Assembly (NCBI GenBank): GCA_023410595.1
Contig: JAEYPO010000001.1
Location: 192,051-256,050, forward strand
Length of the DNA: 64,000 nt
DNA from: Bacillota bacterium
Lineage (GTDB): Bacteria > Bacillota > Clostridia > Christensenellales > SZUA-584
Reading direction: 5' to 3'
Shown here: in pieces, positions 1 to 9,548 of the stretch
How positions within the stretch are numbered: position 1 is the stretch's first letter
Layout: each line of letters starts with the position of its first letter
Notes under the pieces: generated by a model
Database searches by the model: none
What the model was told of the DNA's origin: nothing
The model's input: the letters and a program-made list of their open reading frames with translations, nothing else
Position numbers and translations under genes: made by a program

Positions 1-1536
1 GCTTATTATGCGGTGGCGGCAGCGGCAGCTCCCGTCCATGTAACGAACTTAGTGCTCAGCAGCAGCTCTGAAACAATGTCGCCGGGCGCCGCGTTGACGC
101 TGGGCGCAACATTGCAGCCGGGCAATACGACGTTCCCGAAAATCATCTGGGCAAGCAGCAACGCGGGTGTAGCCACCGTGGACAGGACGGGGAGAGTAGT
201 GGCGGTGGGCGCGGGCAGAGCCATAGTTACCGCGACCGCGGACGGAGTTTCGGAGTCGTGCAGCATAACCGTCGCGGCGCCGCAGTACACAGTGACCTTT
301 GACAGCATGGGAGGCAGCCCGGTATCTTCAATGACATTAAGTGGCGGCGCAAGCATATCGTCGCCTCCTTCCACGTCTATGGCGGGCAGTGCGTTTGCCG
401 GATGGTATCCTACGCCGCAATACAATACGGCGCCCGTAAGCTTTCCGTATGCAGTGACGGCAAACGTTACGCTGTACGCGAAATGGGCGGCAAACAGTTT
501 CAGCGTTGTGTTCGATTCTCAGGGCGGCAGCGCTGTTCCGGCGCAGCCCGCCGCGTATAATTGCGGCATATACCAGCCCGCCGCGCCTTACAGAACGGGG
601 TACGCGTTCGCCGGATGGTACAGGGAGCCGTACTTCGCAACGGCATGGAGATTCGGGTACGACATGGTGCAGTGCGATACGACGCTGTACGCGAAATGGC
701 AGAAGATGGGGCCGTATCTTGCAAACATATCCCTTTCGGCGGGAAGCCTGTCAAGGGCGTTCTCCGGAATGGTGTACAGCTATAAAGTATATCTCGGGGA
801 AAATGAGCCGGGCGTTATGATCACCCCGGAAAGGGAATACTCCGGTACCTCGATGACTATAAACGGCAAGGTGGTTGCGAGCACATACGTATCGCTCGCC
901 AATGGCAAGAGCGCCAGGATAACCGTAAAGACAAAGTACGGTAGAACGGCTAAAACATACAAGCTTACCGTTACAAGGGCAAAGTCCACTAATAACAATC
1001 TGGCGTCGCTTTCCGCGACCGCGGGAGCGTTTGACAGGCCGTTCGACCCAGACGTGTCAAAATATACGCTCGTGCTGGGTGAGAACACGAAAAGCACAGT
1101 GATAAAGGCGGTTCCCGCGGCAGGTAAGGCCGCGAGAGTATCGCCGGCTTCAAAGAAGATATCGCTTAATAACGGTCAAAGCAAGGCCTTAAAGATTACT
1201 GTGAAAGCGCAGTCGGGCGCAAGCAAAACGTACATTGTGACCGTCGTACGCGCGCCGTCGTCAAACGCGAACCTTAAAAGCATAAGGGCGGGATATCTCA
1301 CGCCGAAATTCAATCCGAATATAACGGATTATTCGATAACGCTGCCCGCAAACAAAGGCTCGGCCAGCATATCCGTAAAACCGTTGGGCTATAAGGCGGC
1401 GGTATATATCGACGGCGCAAAGAAGTCGTCAAAGAAGATAGCGCTTGCAAACGGACAGAGCGTTTTAGTGCACATAACGGTAACCGCGCAGGCGGGCACC
1501 ACAAGGGACTACTATATAACGGTGTCAAGGCCGTAG
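1..1536 (+). CDS. Cell-surface protein, C-terminal part (Big_2 Ig-like domain, Listeria-Bacteroides Flg_new repeats, cadherin-like beta-sandwich repeats). The 5' end lies outside the window.
   Basis: The frame is open from nt 1; the track starts it at GTG 13. Big_2-like segment VTNLVLSSSSETMSPGAALTLGATLQPGN...VTATADGVSESCSITV. Flg_new signatures FAGWY...TLYAKW occur twice. Repeated ~85-aa units begin with NL.SL..S.G.L.P.F.P....Y, typical of cadherin-like beta-sandwich domains. Stop at 1534-1536, followed by a terminator. Confidence 0.8.
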   Translation, partial: AYYAVAAAAAPVHVTNLVLSSSSETMSPGAALTLGATLQPGNTTFPKIIWASSNAGVATVDRTGRVVAVGAGRAIVTATADGVSESCSITVAAPQYTVTFDSMGGSPVSSMTLSGGASISSPPSTSMAGSAFAGWYPTPQYNTAPVSFPYAVTANVTLYAKWAANSFSVVFDSQGGSAVPAQPAAYNCGIYQPAAPYRTGYAFAGWYREPYFATAWRFGYDMVQCDTTLYAKWQKMGPYLANISLSAGSLSRAFSGMVYSYKVYLGENEPGVMITPEREYSGTSMTINGKVVASTYVSLANGKSARITVKTKYGRTAKTYKLTVTRAKSTNNNLASLSATAGAFDRPFDPDVSKYTLVLGENTKSTVIKAVPAAGKAARVSPASKKISLNNGQSKALKITVKAQSGASKTYIVTVVRAPSSNANLKSIRAGYLTPKFNPNITDYSITLPANKGSASISVKPLGYKAAVYIDGAKKSSKKIALANGQSVLVHITVTAQAGTTRDYYITVSRP

Positions 1537-1563
1537 AGCGCAAGAACTTATGTTACTTAAAAA

Positions 1564-1597
1564 ACAGACGGTGAATTGAACGCCGCCTGTTTTTTTA
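1564..1597 (+). terminator. Rho-independent terminator
   Basis: Stem ACAGACGG/CCGCCTGT (7 of 8 bp paired) followed by T7, 28 nt after the stop of the surface-protein gene. Confidence 0.7.
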
Positions 1598-1704
1598 TGC
1601 GGCGTTATTCGCGCTTTTTAATGCCGCGAATAATTGATTTAAATAATGGGCAAATAATAAAGCATAAGGGTATTGTGACCATCGAGGAGGGAGAGTAAGC
1701 GGCC

Positions 1705-3306
1705 TTGAGTTTAATATTATTACACAGGAAAACACGAATAGTTAACAGAACAGTACGCGCTATAGTTCTGTCCGTATGTTTGCTGGCCGCGATATTAACG
1801 ATTGCATCGTGCGCAAGCAATACACAGGCTGATATCTCGCGCGTACTGGATTTCGGCACCGTTATGAAAGGAGTTCATGTTGCGGGCATAGATTTGTCGG
1901 GCATGACAAGGGCGCAGGCGCTGGCGGCTACGGCGCATATACCGGCGGGCATACTTGACAGTATATCGTTTACCGTCGATGCGGGAGAGGAAGCGATGAG
2001 CTTTTCCGCGGAGGAGCTTGGCGTGGATACCGACTACGAGGACGTAATAGAATATGCGTTTACATACGGCCACAAGGGGACTCACGACCAGCGCTCAAGG
2101 GACGCCTATGCCGCAGCGAATGGCCTTGTCAATTTTACGGTTAATGCCCGGGCGGCAGAAAAAAAGGTAAAGAGCGCGGCGGCCGCGCTTAAAGAGCGCC
2201 TTGACAAGCTGCCAAGAGATGCGGGCTATGTGTTCATGCCGTCGGGCTATCTTGCAGACGGAACGCCCTGCGATCCGGGTTCCGGCGGAGACCGCATACG
2301 GATAGCGGAAGGGGAAATGCCGAATCCTTTAAGGTACCAATACTACCTGACAAACAGATACGTTAATAACTACATACCCGCCGAAGCGGGCGTCTCGCGC
2401 TTTCAGTACACGCCCGAGCAGAGCGGCCGCAGCACAGACATTGACGCGCTCGCCGCGTCCGTAATAAACGCGGTGAACAATAAAGACTATTCCGCTGTCA
2501 CCGTACCGGTAACCACGCTCGAACCGTCCGTTAAATCGGCAGACATTGCGCGGCAGACACAGCTTTTATCGTCGTGGACTTCAAGCTATTCAAGCCATGA
2601 CGGCGCGGACAGGAACTACAACGTAGCCAAGCTTTCCGCGCTTATAAACGGCGTAGTCATAGCACCGGGCGAAACGTGGTCTATAAACGAACACGCGGGC
2701 CCGAGGACGTACGAGAAAGGCTGGAAGGGCGCGCCGGGCATATCTGACGGCGCGTTTGTTACCGCTCCGGGCGGCGGCGTTTGCCAGGTATCAAGCACTC
2801 TTTATAACGCTGCGCTCCGGGCGGGGCTTGATATAACAGAATCCAGCAGACACTCAATTATCTCAAACTATATGCCCGTAGGGCTCGACGCGACGATAAG
2901 CACAGGCAACAAGGATTTAAAGCTTTATAACCCGTACGATACACCTGTATTCATAATTTCGTATGTCAACGCAAACGATAAAAACGTGACGGTGGAAATC
3001 TACGGCCCGCCCGTCGTACTAAAGGCGTACGGCGAGGTAATACTTGATTTTTCCTCCGAGATAACGGAGAGCACGGAAATGCCCCAAACAAAGGTGCACT
3101 ACAGGGCTGCCGAGACGCCCGACGGTAAGCGGATAGCGCCGGGCGCTTCGAGAACGTACATTAAAGCACGCCGCGGCACCACAGCCCAAGTCTACATACA
3201 TTACATATCCTTGGACGGAAAAGAGCTGGAGGTAAAGAAATTTTACGTGGCAAAGTACCCCAAAATAGAGGGGGAAAAATACGTCAACGATGTGCCGTCC
3301 GATTGA
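1705..3306 (+). CDS. VanW family protein (YoaR-like), N-terminal membrane anchor
   Basis: TTG start preceded by GAGGAGGGAGAG. N-terminal hydrophobic segment AIVLSVCLLAAILTIASC. VanW-domain core NVAKLSALINGVVIAPGETWSINEHAGPRTYEKGWKGAPG...GGGVCQVSSTLYNAALRAGLDITE. Confidence 0.85.
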   Translation: MSLILLHRKTRIVNRTVRAIVLSVCLLAAILTIASCASNTQADISRVLDFGTVMKGVHVAGIDLSGMTRAQALAATAHIPAGILDSISFTVDAGEEAMSFSAEELGVDTDYEDVIEYAFTYGHKGTHDQRSRDAYAAANGLVNFTVNARAAEKKVKSAAAALKERLDKLPRDAGYVFMPSGYLADGTPCDPGSGGDRIRIAEGEMPNPLRYQYYLTNRYVNNYIPAEAGVSRFQYTPEQSGRSTDIDALAASVINAVNNKDYSAVTVPVTTLEPSVKSADIARQTQLLSSWTSSYSSHDGADRNYNVAKLSALINGVVIAPGETWSINEHAGPRTYEKGWKGAPGISDGAFVTAPGGGVCQVSSTLYNAALRAGLDITESSRHSIISNYMPVGLDATISTGNKDLKLYNPYDTPVFIISYVNANDKNVTVEIYGPPVVLKAYGEVILDFSSEITESTEMPQTKVHYRAAETPDGKRIAPGASRTYIKARRGTTAQVYIHYISLDGKELEVKKFYVAKYPKIEGEKYVNDVPSD

Positions 3307-3354
3307 TCTGAAAACAATATAAGTGTAAAAGCGATACCCATATTTCGAACCGTC

Positions 3355-3363
3355 TGGTATAAT
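3355..3363 (+). promoter_or_regulatory. Candidate extended -10 promoter element (TGgTATAAT) upstream of copA
   Basis: TG at 3355-3356 and TATAAT at 3358-3363, about 80 nt upstream of the copA ATG. ATACC (3335-3339) and GGTAT (3356-3360) form an inverted pair that overlaps the -10. Confidence 0.35.
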
Positions 3364-3442
3364 TTAATAAAAGCAACTTTTGGAACAGCAATTTAACCGG
3401 CCTTAAGCTGAAAGGCTTTTGTGCAGTTATACGGAGGACATA

Positions 3443-5899
3443 ATGACGGAAAAAAGCTATGGCGTTACCGGAATGACGTGCGCGGCGTGTGCTGCCAGCG
3501 TAAAACGTGCGGTTGCGAAGGTGCCGGGAGTTGAGCAAAGCGAAGTCAATATCGCCACCGAAAAGCTGACGGTGCGTTACGACGAGAATAAGGCGTCGTT
3601 CGACGACTTGAAAAAGGCCGTGGAAGCGGCGGGGTACGGGTTGGAGGACAAGCAGCTTAAGCGGGCAGAGCTTGCGGTGGAAGGTATGACGTGCGCGGCC
3701 TGCTCCGCCGCGGTCGAGCGCGCCGTAAAAAAGCTTCAAGGCGTGTCGGGCGTGTCGGTAAATCTCGCTACGAACCGTGCGGCGCTCGAATATGACCCAG
3801 GCAAGGTGAAGCTGTCCGAGATAAAGCAGGCCATAGTAAAGGCCGGTTACACGCCTAAAGACATAGAACTAAAGGAGCGGGACGAGGAAAGCGAGAAACG
3901 CCTGCGCGCGCTTAAAAACATGCGAAGCCGGCTGATAGTCGCCATAATATTCGCCGCGCCCATACTCTATTTAGCCATGGGGCATATGTTCGGCCTCAAT
4001 CTCCCCATACCCGAATTCATGAACCATCACATGCGCCCAGGCGTGTTCGCGGCCGTACAGCTCATACTTACGATACCCGTGCTTGTTGCGGGCAGCCGCT
4101 TCTTCACCGTAGGTTTCAAGACTTTGCTGCGCGGCGCGCCCAACATGGACTCGCTTGTCGCTATAGGAACCGCGAGCGCGTTTCTTTACAGCGCGTATGC
4201 GACAGTAATGATATTTCTTGGCAGCAATGATTTTGTGCAACTCTTATATTTCGAGTCGGCGGCCGTTGTCATAACTCTCGTCATGGTGGGCAAATACCTG
4301 GAAGCAGTCAGCAAGGGCAAGACGTCCGAGGCCATAAAGAAGCTGATGAACCTGCGACCTAAGTCCGCGGCGATAATAAAGGACGGCGCGGAGATAGAAG
4401 TGCCTTTGGGTGAGGTAGCCACGGGCGACATCGTGCTGGTGCGCCCCGGCGCGTCCATACCGTTGGACGGAATCGTGGAGGAAGGCGTATCATCTGTTGA
4501 CGAATCGATGCTGACGGGCGAGAGTCTGCCGGTGGAAAAACAGCCCGGCTCAAGTGTCACGGGAGGCAGCATAAACGGGGAAGGGCTGTTGAAGTTCAGG
4601 GCGACGCTAGTGGGCGAGGATACGGCGCTCTCCAAGATAATAAAGCTCGTGGAAGAGGCGCAGGGCAAGAAAGCGCCTATAGCGAAGCTTGCGGATATAA
4701 TCTCCGGCTATTTCGTTCCGGCGGTGCTGGGCATAGCGGTTATAGCGGCGATAGCGTGGGCGCTAGCCGGACGGGACTTCAACTTCGTGCTAAACATATT
4801 CGTTACGGTGCTCGTAATAGCCTGCCCGTGCGCGCTCGGGCTTGCCACGCCCACGGCCATAATGGTGGGCACGGGCAAGGGCGCTGAGCTCGGCATACTC
4901 ATAAAGGGCGGAGAGGCGCTGGAAACTACGCACAAGGTTGACGCCGTAGTGTTCGACAAGACGGGCACTATAACGGAAGGGAAGCCGGTGCTTACCGATT
5001 TAAAAACATACGGGTCTTTTGACGAAGAGGGTGCGCTGCTGCTCGCCGCTTCTGCGGAGCGCGGCTCGGAGCACCCGATAGCGCGCGCTATTGTGGAGCA
5101 TGCGAGGCAAAAGGGGCTGGAGCTCAAAGCGCCGGAGGATTTTAAGGCCGTTCCGGGCAGGGGCATAGACGCAGTCGTAGGCGGCAAACGCGTGCTTGCC
5201 GGAAACATAAAGCTTATGGAGGAGAACGGAGTAGACATAATGCCGTCGCAGTCCGACGCTCGGGCGCTGTCCGGCTCGGGCAGAACGCTGATGTACATAG
5301 CGGCGGACGGAAGGCTCGAAGCGCTGATGGCCGCTGCCGATACGCTCAAGCCCACCAGCAAAGCCGCAGTCGGCAAGCTTAGGTCAATGGGCGTGGATGT
5401 GTATATGATAACGGGCGACAACAGCAGCACGGCACAGGCCATAGCAGACGAGGTGGGCATACAAAACGTGCTCGCAGAAGTGCTGCCCGGCGATAAGGCG
5501 GGCGAAGTCAAAAAGCTGCAGCAAAGCGGCAAAAAAGTTGCGATGGTGGGGGACGGCATAAACGACGCACCCGCTCTCGTGCAGGCGGATATAGGCATGG
5601 CAATAGGCACCGGCACGGACGTCGCGGTGGAATCGGCGGACGTAGTGCTTATGCGCGGAGACATAAACGAGGTGTGGGCGGCTATCAGCTTAAGCCGCGC
5701 GACAATACGCATCATAAAGCAGAACCTTTTCTGGGCGTTTATATACAACATGGCGGGCATACCTTTTGCCGCGGGGGTAATTTACGCGCTGGGCGGGCCG
5801 CTGCTCAATCCGGTGTTCGCGGGGGCGGCGATGGCGCTGAGCTCCGTTTCCGTCGTGTCGAACGCGCTGCGCCTGAAGCGTTTTAGTATAAAGCAATAA
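3443..5899 (+). CDS. copA: Copper-translocating P1B-type ATPase
   Basis: Two N-terminal HMA domains ([11 protein letters not shown] and [11 protein letters not shown]). Also TGES, the CPC motif ([11 protein letters not shown]), DKTGT, and the GDGINDAP hinge. ATG 3443 follows the GGAGGA RBS; the track TTG at 3419 is less likely. Confidence 0.95.
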   Translation: MTEKSYGVTGMTCAACAASVKRAVAKVPGVEQSEVNIATEKLTVRYDENKASFDDLKKAVEAAGYGLEDKQLKRAELAVEGMTCAACSAAVERAVKKLQGVSGVSVNLATNRAALEYDPGKVKLSEIKQAIVKAGYTPKDIELKERDEESEKRLRALKNMRSRLIVAIIFAAPILYLAMGHMFGLNLPIPEFMNHHMRPGVFAAVQLILTIPVLVAGSRFFTVGFKTLLRGAPNMDSLVAIGTASAFLYSAYATVMIFLGSNDFVQLLYFESAAVVITLVMVGKYLEAVSKGKTSEAIKKLMNLRPKSAAIIKDGAEIEVPLGEVATGDIVLVRPGASIPLDGIVEEGVSSVDESMLTGESLPVEKQPGSSVTGGSINGEGLLKFRATLVGEDTALSKIIKLVEEAQGKKAPIAKLADIISGYFVPAVLGIAVIAAIAWALAGRDFNFVLNIFVTVLVIACPCALGLATPTAIMVGTGKGAELGILIKGGEALETTHKVDAVVFDKTGTITEGKPVLTDLKTYGSFDEEGALLLAASAERGSEHPIARAIVEHARQKGLELKAPEDFKAVPGRGIDAVVGGKRVLAGNIKLMEENGVDIMPSQSDARALSGSGRTLMYIAADGRLEALMAAADTLKPTSKAAVGKLRSMGVDVYMITGDNSSTAQAIADEVGIQNVLAEVLPGDKAGEVKKLQQSGKKVAMVGDGINDAPALVQADIGMAIGTGTDVAVESADVVLMRGDINEVWAAISLSRATIRIIKQNLFWAFIYNMAGIPFAAGVIYALGGPLLNPVFAGAAMALSSVSVVSNALRLKRFSIKQ

Positions 5900-5923
5900 C
5901 AAGTGCTGTATAAAGGAGGGCAT

Positions 5924-6526
5924 ATGGTCTATTTTGTAAGGCACGGAAACAAAGTCGTCGGCGACTGCGACGAATACTACAACAGTGAGCTAGGTATAAT
6001 GGACGAGCCGCTGAGCGAAGCGGGAAGAGCCGACGCCGAGCGCCTCGCGGCATACTTTAAGGGCGCCGATATAAAACGCATCATAGTGAGCGAATACAAA
6101 AGGGCGTACGAGACAGCGCTGCCCACGTCGAAGCAAAAGAACATACCGATAACCGTGGATAGAAGGGTAAATGAGATAAACAACGGCGAAATAAGGAACA
6201 TGACGGACGATGAGATAGCCGCGAAATACCCGCAGCTCTGGAGCGACTTTCAAAGCCACGCGCGTGATTCCCGCTTCCCGGGCGGCGAGTCGGGCGAAGA
6301 CGCTATGGCGAGGCAAAACAGCTTTTTAAACGACATAAAGCATGAAGAGGACGACATACTCGTCGTGAGCCACGACGGGTTCATACGCCTTTTGATGTGC
6401 AACATACTCGGTCTGCCGGTTTATAAACGGTATATATTCAAAACGACGATGGGCGGCGTAAGCATTATCAGCTATGATGGCGGCAGAGGGGAATGGAAGA
6501 CGGTAAGGTTCAATCAGCTTGTCTGA
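5924..6526 (+). CDS. Histidine phosphatase family protein (phosphoglycerate mutase-like)
   Basis: N-terminal RHG motif (VYFVRHGN) and a downstream VVSHDGFIRLL segment. ATG 5924 is preceded by AAGGAGG. Confidence 0.8.
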   Translation: MVYFVRHGNKVVGDCDEYYNSELGIMDEPLSEAGRADAERLAAYFKGADIKRIIVSEYKRAYETALPTSKQKNIPITVDRRVNEINNGEIRNMTDDEIAAKYPQLWSDFQSHARDSRFPGGESGEDAMARQNSFLNDIKHEEDDILVVSHDGFIRLLMCNILGLPVYKRYIFKTTMGGVSIISYDGGRGEWKTVRFNQLV

Positions 6527-6553
6527 TTACTGCCCATGCAAACAATAAAAGGG

Positions 6554-6690
6554 GCTGTCCAGAAATAGGCGAGCGTTCAAAGATTGTCCCTACATATATG
6601 GGTGTATACGATTATATGCCATATGTTGTAGGGAACGACCCCTGTGTCGTTCCGAGAATGTATTCCTGGACGACCGTTTTCGTTTTCTGA
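6554..6690. terminator. Composite structured element between convergent genes: nested imperfect inverted repeats plus an 8-bp hairpin, T-rich on both sides (probable bidirectional terminator)
   Basis: Outer arms 6554-6567 and 6661-6674 match 11 of 14. Inner arms are 6586-6601 and 6619-6636. A perfect hairpin GGAACGAC-N6-GTCGTTCC lies at 6632-6653 and shares bases with the inner right arm. CCGTTTTCGTTTTC follows, and AATAAAAGGGG precedes. Confidence 0.5.
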
Positions 6691-6694
6691 AATC

Positions 6695-7585
6695 TTAACG
6701 TGTGCAGCTTTCCGCCCAGTCGAGAGCGAACTTAACGAACACTTTTATTGCCGGGTCCAAGCGGGCATGGGGCAGCGTGACGAGCGATATTTTTTGCAGC
6801 ACCTCCGGTTCAAGCCCAATAATTGCGAGGTCACAATAATTATAGCGGGAGGCTGCCTTGGAAGACAGCACAGTAACGGCGAGGCCTTCGCGCACAAGCT
6901 CGAGCTGCGTTTCAACCTGGTTGCAGTAATAAAGTATGTCCGGCTCAAAACCGGCGTTTTGGCAGGCATTTATAAAACCGCCGTAAAGGCCGGAATCGGG
7001 ATCGGCAATAATAAACTTTTCGTTTGAGAGCGACGCTATGTCGACTGACTGCCGTTTAGCAATGGGGTGAAGTATACTGGTTACGAGCACTAAATGGTTT
7101 TTAACAAGAGTGTAAGAATCGACAGGCACAGGAGCGTCGGCTTCGCCTAAAAAAGCGGCGCTTATACTGCCGCCCGAAAGCATCGCGAGAAGCTCACCAC
7201 ACTTTCCTTCCACAAACTCCATACGCACGCCCGGAAATTGCCGCTGAAAGTCTGCGATAAGCGAAGTAAGCCCGTAATGGCCTATAACGGGCAGCACGCC
7301 AAGCCTGATGCTGCCTGTTGCCGCATCCAGATAGTTGCGCACGGTATGCCTTGACTGCGCCACCTCCCCAAGCACTTTCTGAGCATGCAGAAGAAACGCC
7401 CTGCCGGCGCTTGTAAGCTCGACGTTGCGCGTCGTTCTCTCAAAAAGCTGAACGCCAAGCTCGTTCTCCAGCTTCTTTATCTGCTGTGACAGCAGAGGCT
7501 GAGTTGTGTTTATATCTGCCGCCGCTTTTGTGAAGCTATGAAATTTTGCTATCGCAACAACATATTCCAGTTGGTGAAGTTCCAT
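6695..7585 (-). CDS. LysR family transcriptional regulator
   Basis: N-terminal HTH MELHQLEYVVAIAKFHSFTKAAADINTTQPLLSQQIKKLENELGVQLFER followed by a LysR substrate-binding fold. ATG 7585 has an AGGGGA RBS. Divergent from the hydro-lyase genes. Confidence 0.9.
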   Translation of the reverse strand: MELHQLEYVVAIAKFHSFTKAAADINTTQPLLSQQIKKLENELGVQLFERTTRNVELTSAGRAFLLHAQKVLGEVAQSRHTVRNYLDAATGSIRLGVLPVIGHYGLTSLIADFQRQFPGVRMEFVEGKCGELLAMLSGGSISAAFLGEADAPVPVDSYTLVKNHLVLVTSILHPIAKRQSVDIASLSNEKFIIADPDSGLYGGFINACQNAGFEPDILYYCNQVETQLELVREGLAVTVLSSKAASRYNYCDLAIIGLEPEVLQKISLVTLPHARLDPAIKVFVKFALDWAESCTR

Positions 7586-7914
7586 GGCTCGTCCCCTGTA
7601 ACAATTAAACAACATTAGCCGAACAAAATTAATAAAGCGTAAATAAAAATGCCATAAATAAGACTAATTGAATCAATTTTACTTATTATTATATTATGTA
7701 AACAGCTTAACAGCAAATGGTTTTTTTGTATCAGTATGACCTTTTTACAATTTGTTCGTCTCCGGGCTAACAGTAACGAAAGAAACTTGCCCGCATAAAA
7801 GCAGTCGGTTCCCTTTATGCTCCGATAGTGTTATTATTATTCGGGAAGCGCTTGAAAGAATTTATGGAGTACTGCTAAATATTAAGCTCTTTTAAGTTGA
7901 TTGGAAGGATAGAA

Positions 7915-8760
7915 ATGAAAGAGATATATACGGACGCTATAACAGACGCGGTAGAACAGATGTGCCTTACCGCCGCATACGACCTTCCCGGCGACGTGGA
8001 AGAGTGCATAAGAGCGAATATGCTAAAGGAAGAGTCCGGGTTCGGCAAGTATATATTTGAGCAGATACTCGAAAACGCTGATTATTCGCGCAAACAAAGA
8101 GTCGCCATCTGTCAGGACACGGGCGTGGCGGTGTTCTTCTTAGAACTCGGGCAGGACGTTCACATAACAGGAGGGAGCCTTAAAGGCGCCATAAACGAGG
8201 GCGTGAGGCGCGGTTACAAAAACGGCTATTTAAGAACGTCCATGGTGGCTGAGCCTGTGTTTGAACGCAAAAATACCGGGGACAACACTCCGGCTATCAT
8301 CCACATAGACATAGTTCCCGGAGATAAGCTTAAAATGCTGCTTATGCCCAAAGGCGGCGGCAGCGAGAATATGGCAAGGCTCGCGATGCTGACGCCGTCC
8401 GCGGGCATCAAAGGGCTCAAAGAATTTGTCGTCGGTGCGGTGAGGGAAGCGGGGGGCAACCCCTGCCCGCCCGTGATAGTGGGCGTTGGCATAGGCGGGA
8501 CGATGGAGAAGACGGCGCTGCTCGCGAAAAAGGCGCTCGCGCGGAAGACGGGCGAGCCCAGCCCCGACCTAAAGTATGCCGCGCTGGAGCAAGAGCTTCT
8601 TGAGGAGATAAACAACACGGGCGTAGGCCCTCAGGGACTGGGCGGCACTATAACCGCCCTCGCCGTGCACATAGAGTATTTTCCCGCGCATATTACAGGC
8701 ATGCCTGTCGCGGTAAACTTAAACTGTCACGCTTCGCGCCATGCCGAAGCTGTCTTATAA
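7915..8760 (+). CDS. Fe-S type hydro-lyase alpha subunit (class I fumarate hydratase or L(+)-tartrate dehydratase alpha)
   Basis: About 280 aa with ICQDTGVAVFFLELG and PKGGGSENM motifs typical of the Fumerase/TtdA N-terminal domain. Confidence 0.85.
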   Translation: MKEIYTDAITDAVEQMCLTAAYDLPGDVEECIRANMLKEESGFGKYIFEQILENADYSRKQRVAICQDTGVAVFFLELGQDVHITGGSLKGAINEGVRRGYKNGYLRTSMVAEPVFERKNTGDNTPAIIHIDIVPGDKLKMLLMPKGGGSENMARLAMLTPSAGIKGLKEFVVGAVREAGGNPCPPVIVGVGIGGTMEKTALLAKKALARKTGEPSPDLKYAALEQELLEEINNTGVGPQGLGGTITALAVHIEYFPAHITGMPVAVNLNCHASRHAEAVL

Positions 8761-8777
8761 TTGGGGGGCTTTAGCAT

Positions 8778-9332
8778 ATGCAGGACATCGTAAAAATCTC
8801 GACGCCGCTTACGGACGGCGCTGTTGAATCCTTGAAAACAGGCGACCGCGTGGAGATAACGGGCGTTATATACACTGCGAGGGACGCCGCCCACAAGAGG
8901 CTCGTTGAAGCGCTGAATGCGGGAGACAAGCTGCCTATAGACTTGAAAGGCCAGATAATATATTACACCGGGCCCTGTCCAGCGAAGCCCGGACAGGCGC
9001 TGGGGCCGTGCGGGCCTACTACAAGCTACCGCATGGACGCTTACGCGCCCTCTCTGCTTGGCTTGGGGCTCAAGGGCATGATAGGCAAAGGCCGCCGCTC
9101 GAAAGCTGTCGTCGATTCCATGATAGAAAACAAGGCTGTCTACTTCGCGGCTGTAGGCGGCGCCGCGGCCATAATCTCGCGCTCCGTGAAAAAGGCGGAG
9201 GTCGTAGCGTATGAGGATCTGGGTCCCGAGGCTATAAGAAGGCTGGAGGTCGAGAGCTTCCCGTGTATCGTAGTCACCGATTCAAAGGGAAGCGACCTGT
9301 ATGTGACCGGGCCGGAAAAGTACAGAAGATGA
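8778..9332 (+). CDS. Fe-S type hydro-lyase beta subunit (class I fumarate hydratase or tartrate dehydratase beta)
   Basis: 184 aa. Contains GVIYTARDAAHKRL and GPTTSYRMD, with IGKG further downstream, typical of the Fumerase_C/TtdB domain. Starts 17 nt after the alpha subunit. Confidence 0.85.
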   Translation: MQDIVKISTPLTDGAVESLKTGDRVEITGVIYTARDAAHKRLVEALNAGDKLPIDLKGQIIYYTGPCPAKPGQALGPCGPTTSYRMDAYAPSLLGLGLKGMIGKGRRSKAVVDSMIENKAVYFAAVGGAAAIISRSVKKAEVVAYEDLGPEAIRRLEVESFPCIVVTDSKGSDLYVTGPEKYRR

Positions 9333-9484
9333 TGCGTTTAGGCAATATACGCTGTATGACCGTTTAGATGATGATATATATGGATGTTTACCGCTTAGCC
9401 TGATTTTATATCGGGCTATTTTTATAACAGCCCGATAGGTTACGGGAGCCGCAAATGGCTATTATGGACATATAGAGTACATTC

Positions 9485-9493
9485 TGGTATAAT
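9485..9493 (+). promoter_or_regulatory. Candidate extended -10 (TGgTATAAT) upstream of the LacI-like gene
   Basis: TG at 9485-9486 and TATAAT at 9488-9493, 55 nt upstream of ATG 9549. Confidence 0.35.
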
Positions 9494-9548
9494 AGCATAC
9501 GTTAGCTAAACCGATTCTAAGACCGGGCGGCCTGAGGAGGCGGTTTTT

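Noticed and set aside
3284-3739. 151-aa minus-strand ORF spanning the copA promoter and start
   Set aside because: It overlaps the HMA-domain coding region of copA on the opposite strand, has no RBS, and gives an Arg/Leu-rich translation with no family resemblance.
4708-5760. 350-aa minus-strand ORF antisense to copA. Similar long antisense ORFs occur at 13460-14440, 21224-22240, 28630-29775, 33394-34173, 34325-35050, 38798-39487, 49172-50344 and 54321-55031.
   Set aside because: Each lies entirely inside a well-supported gene on the other strand. Their translations are Ala/Arg/Ser/Pro-rich and low in complexity, with no recognisable motifs. These are typical shadow ORFs of GC-rich coding DNA.
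6493-7027. Plus-strand ORFs 6493-6690 and 6644-7027
   Set aside because: The first runs through the nested-hairpin terminator region. The second is antisense to the LysR gene. Neither shows coding signatures.
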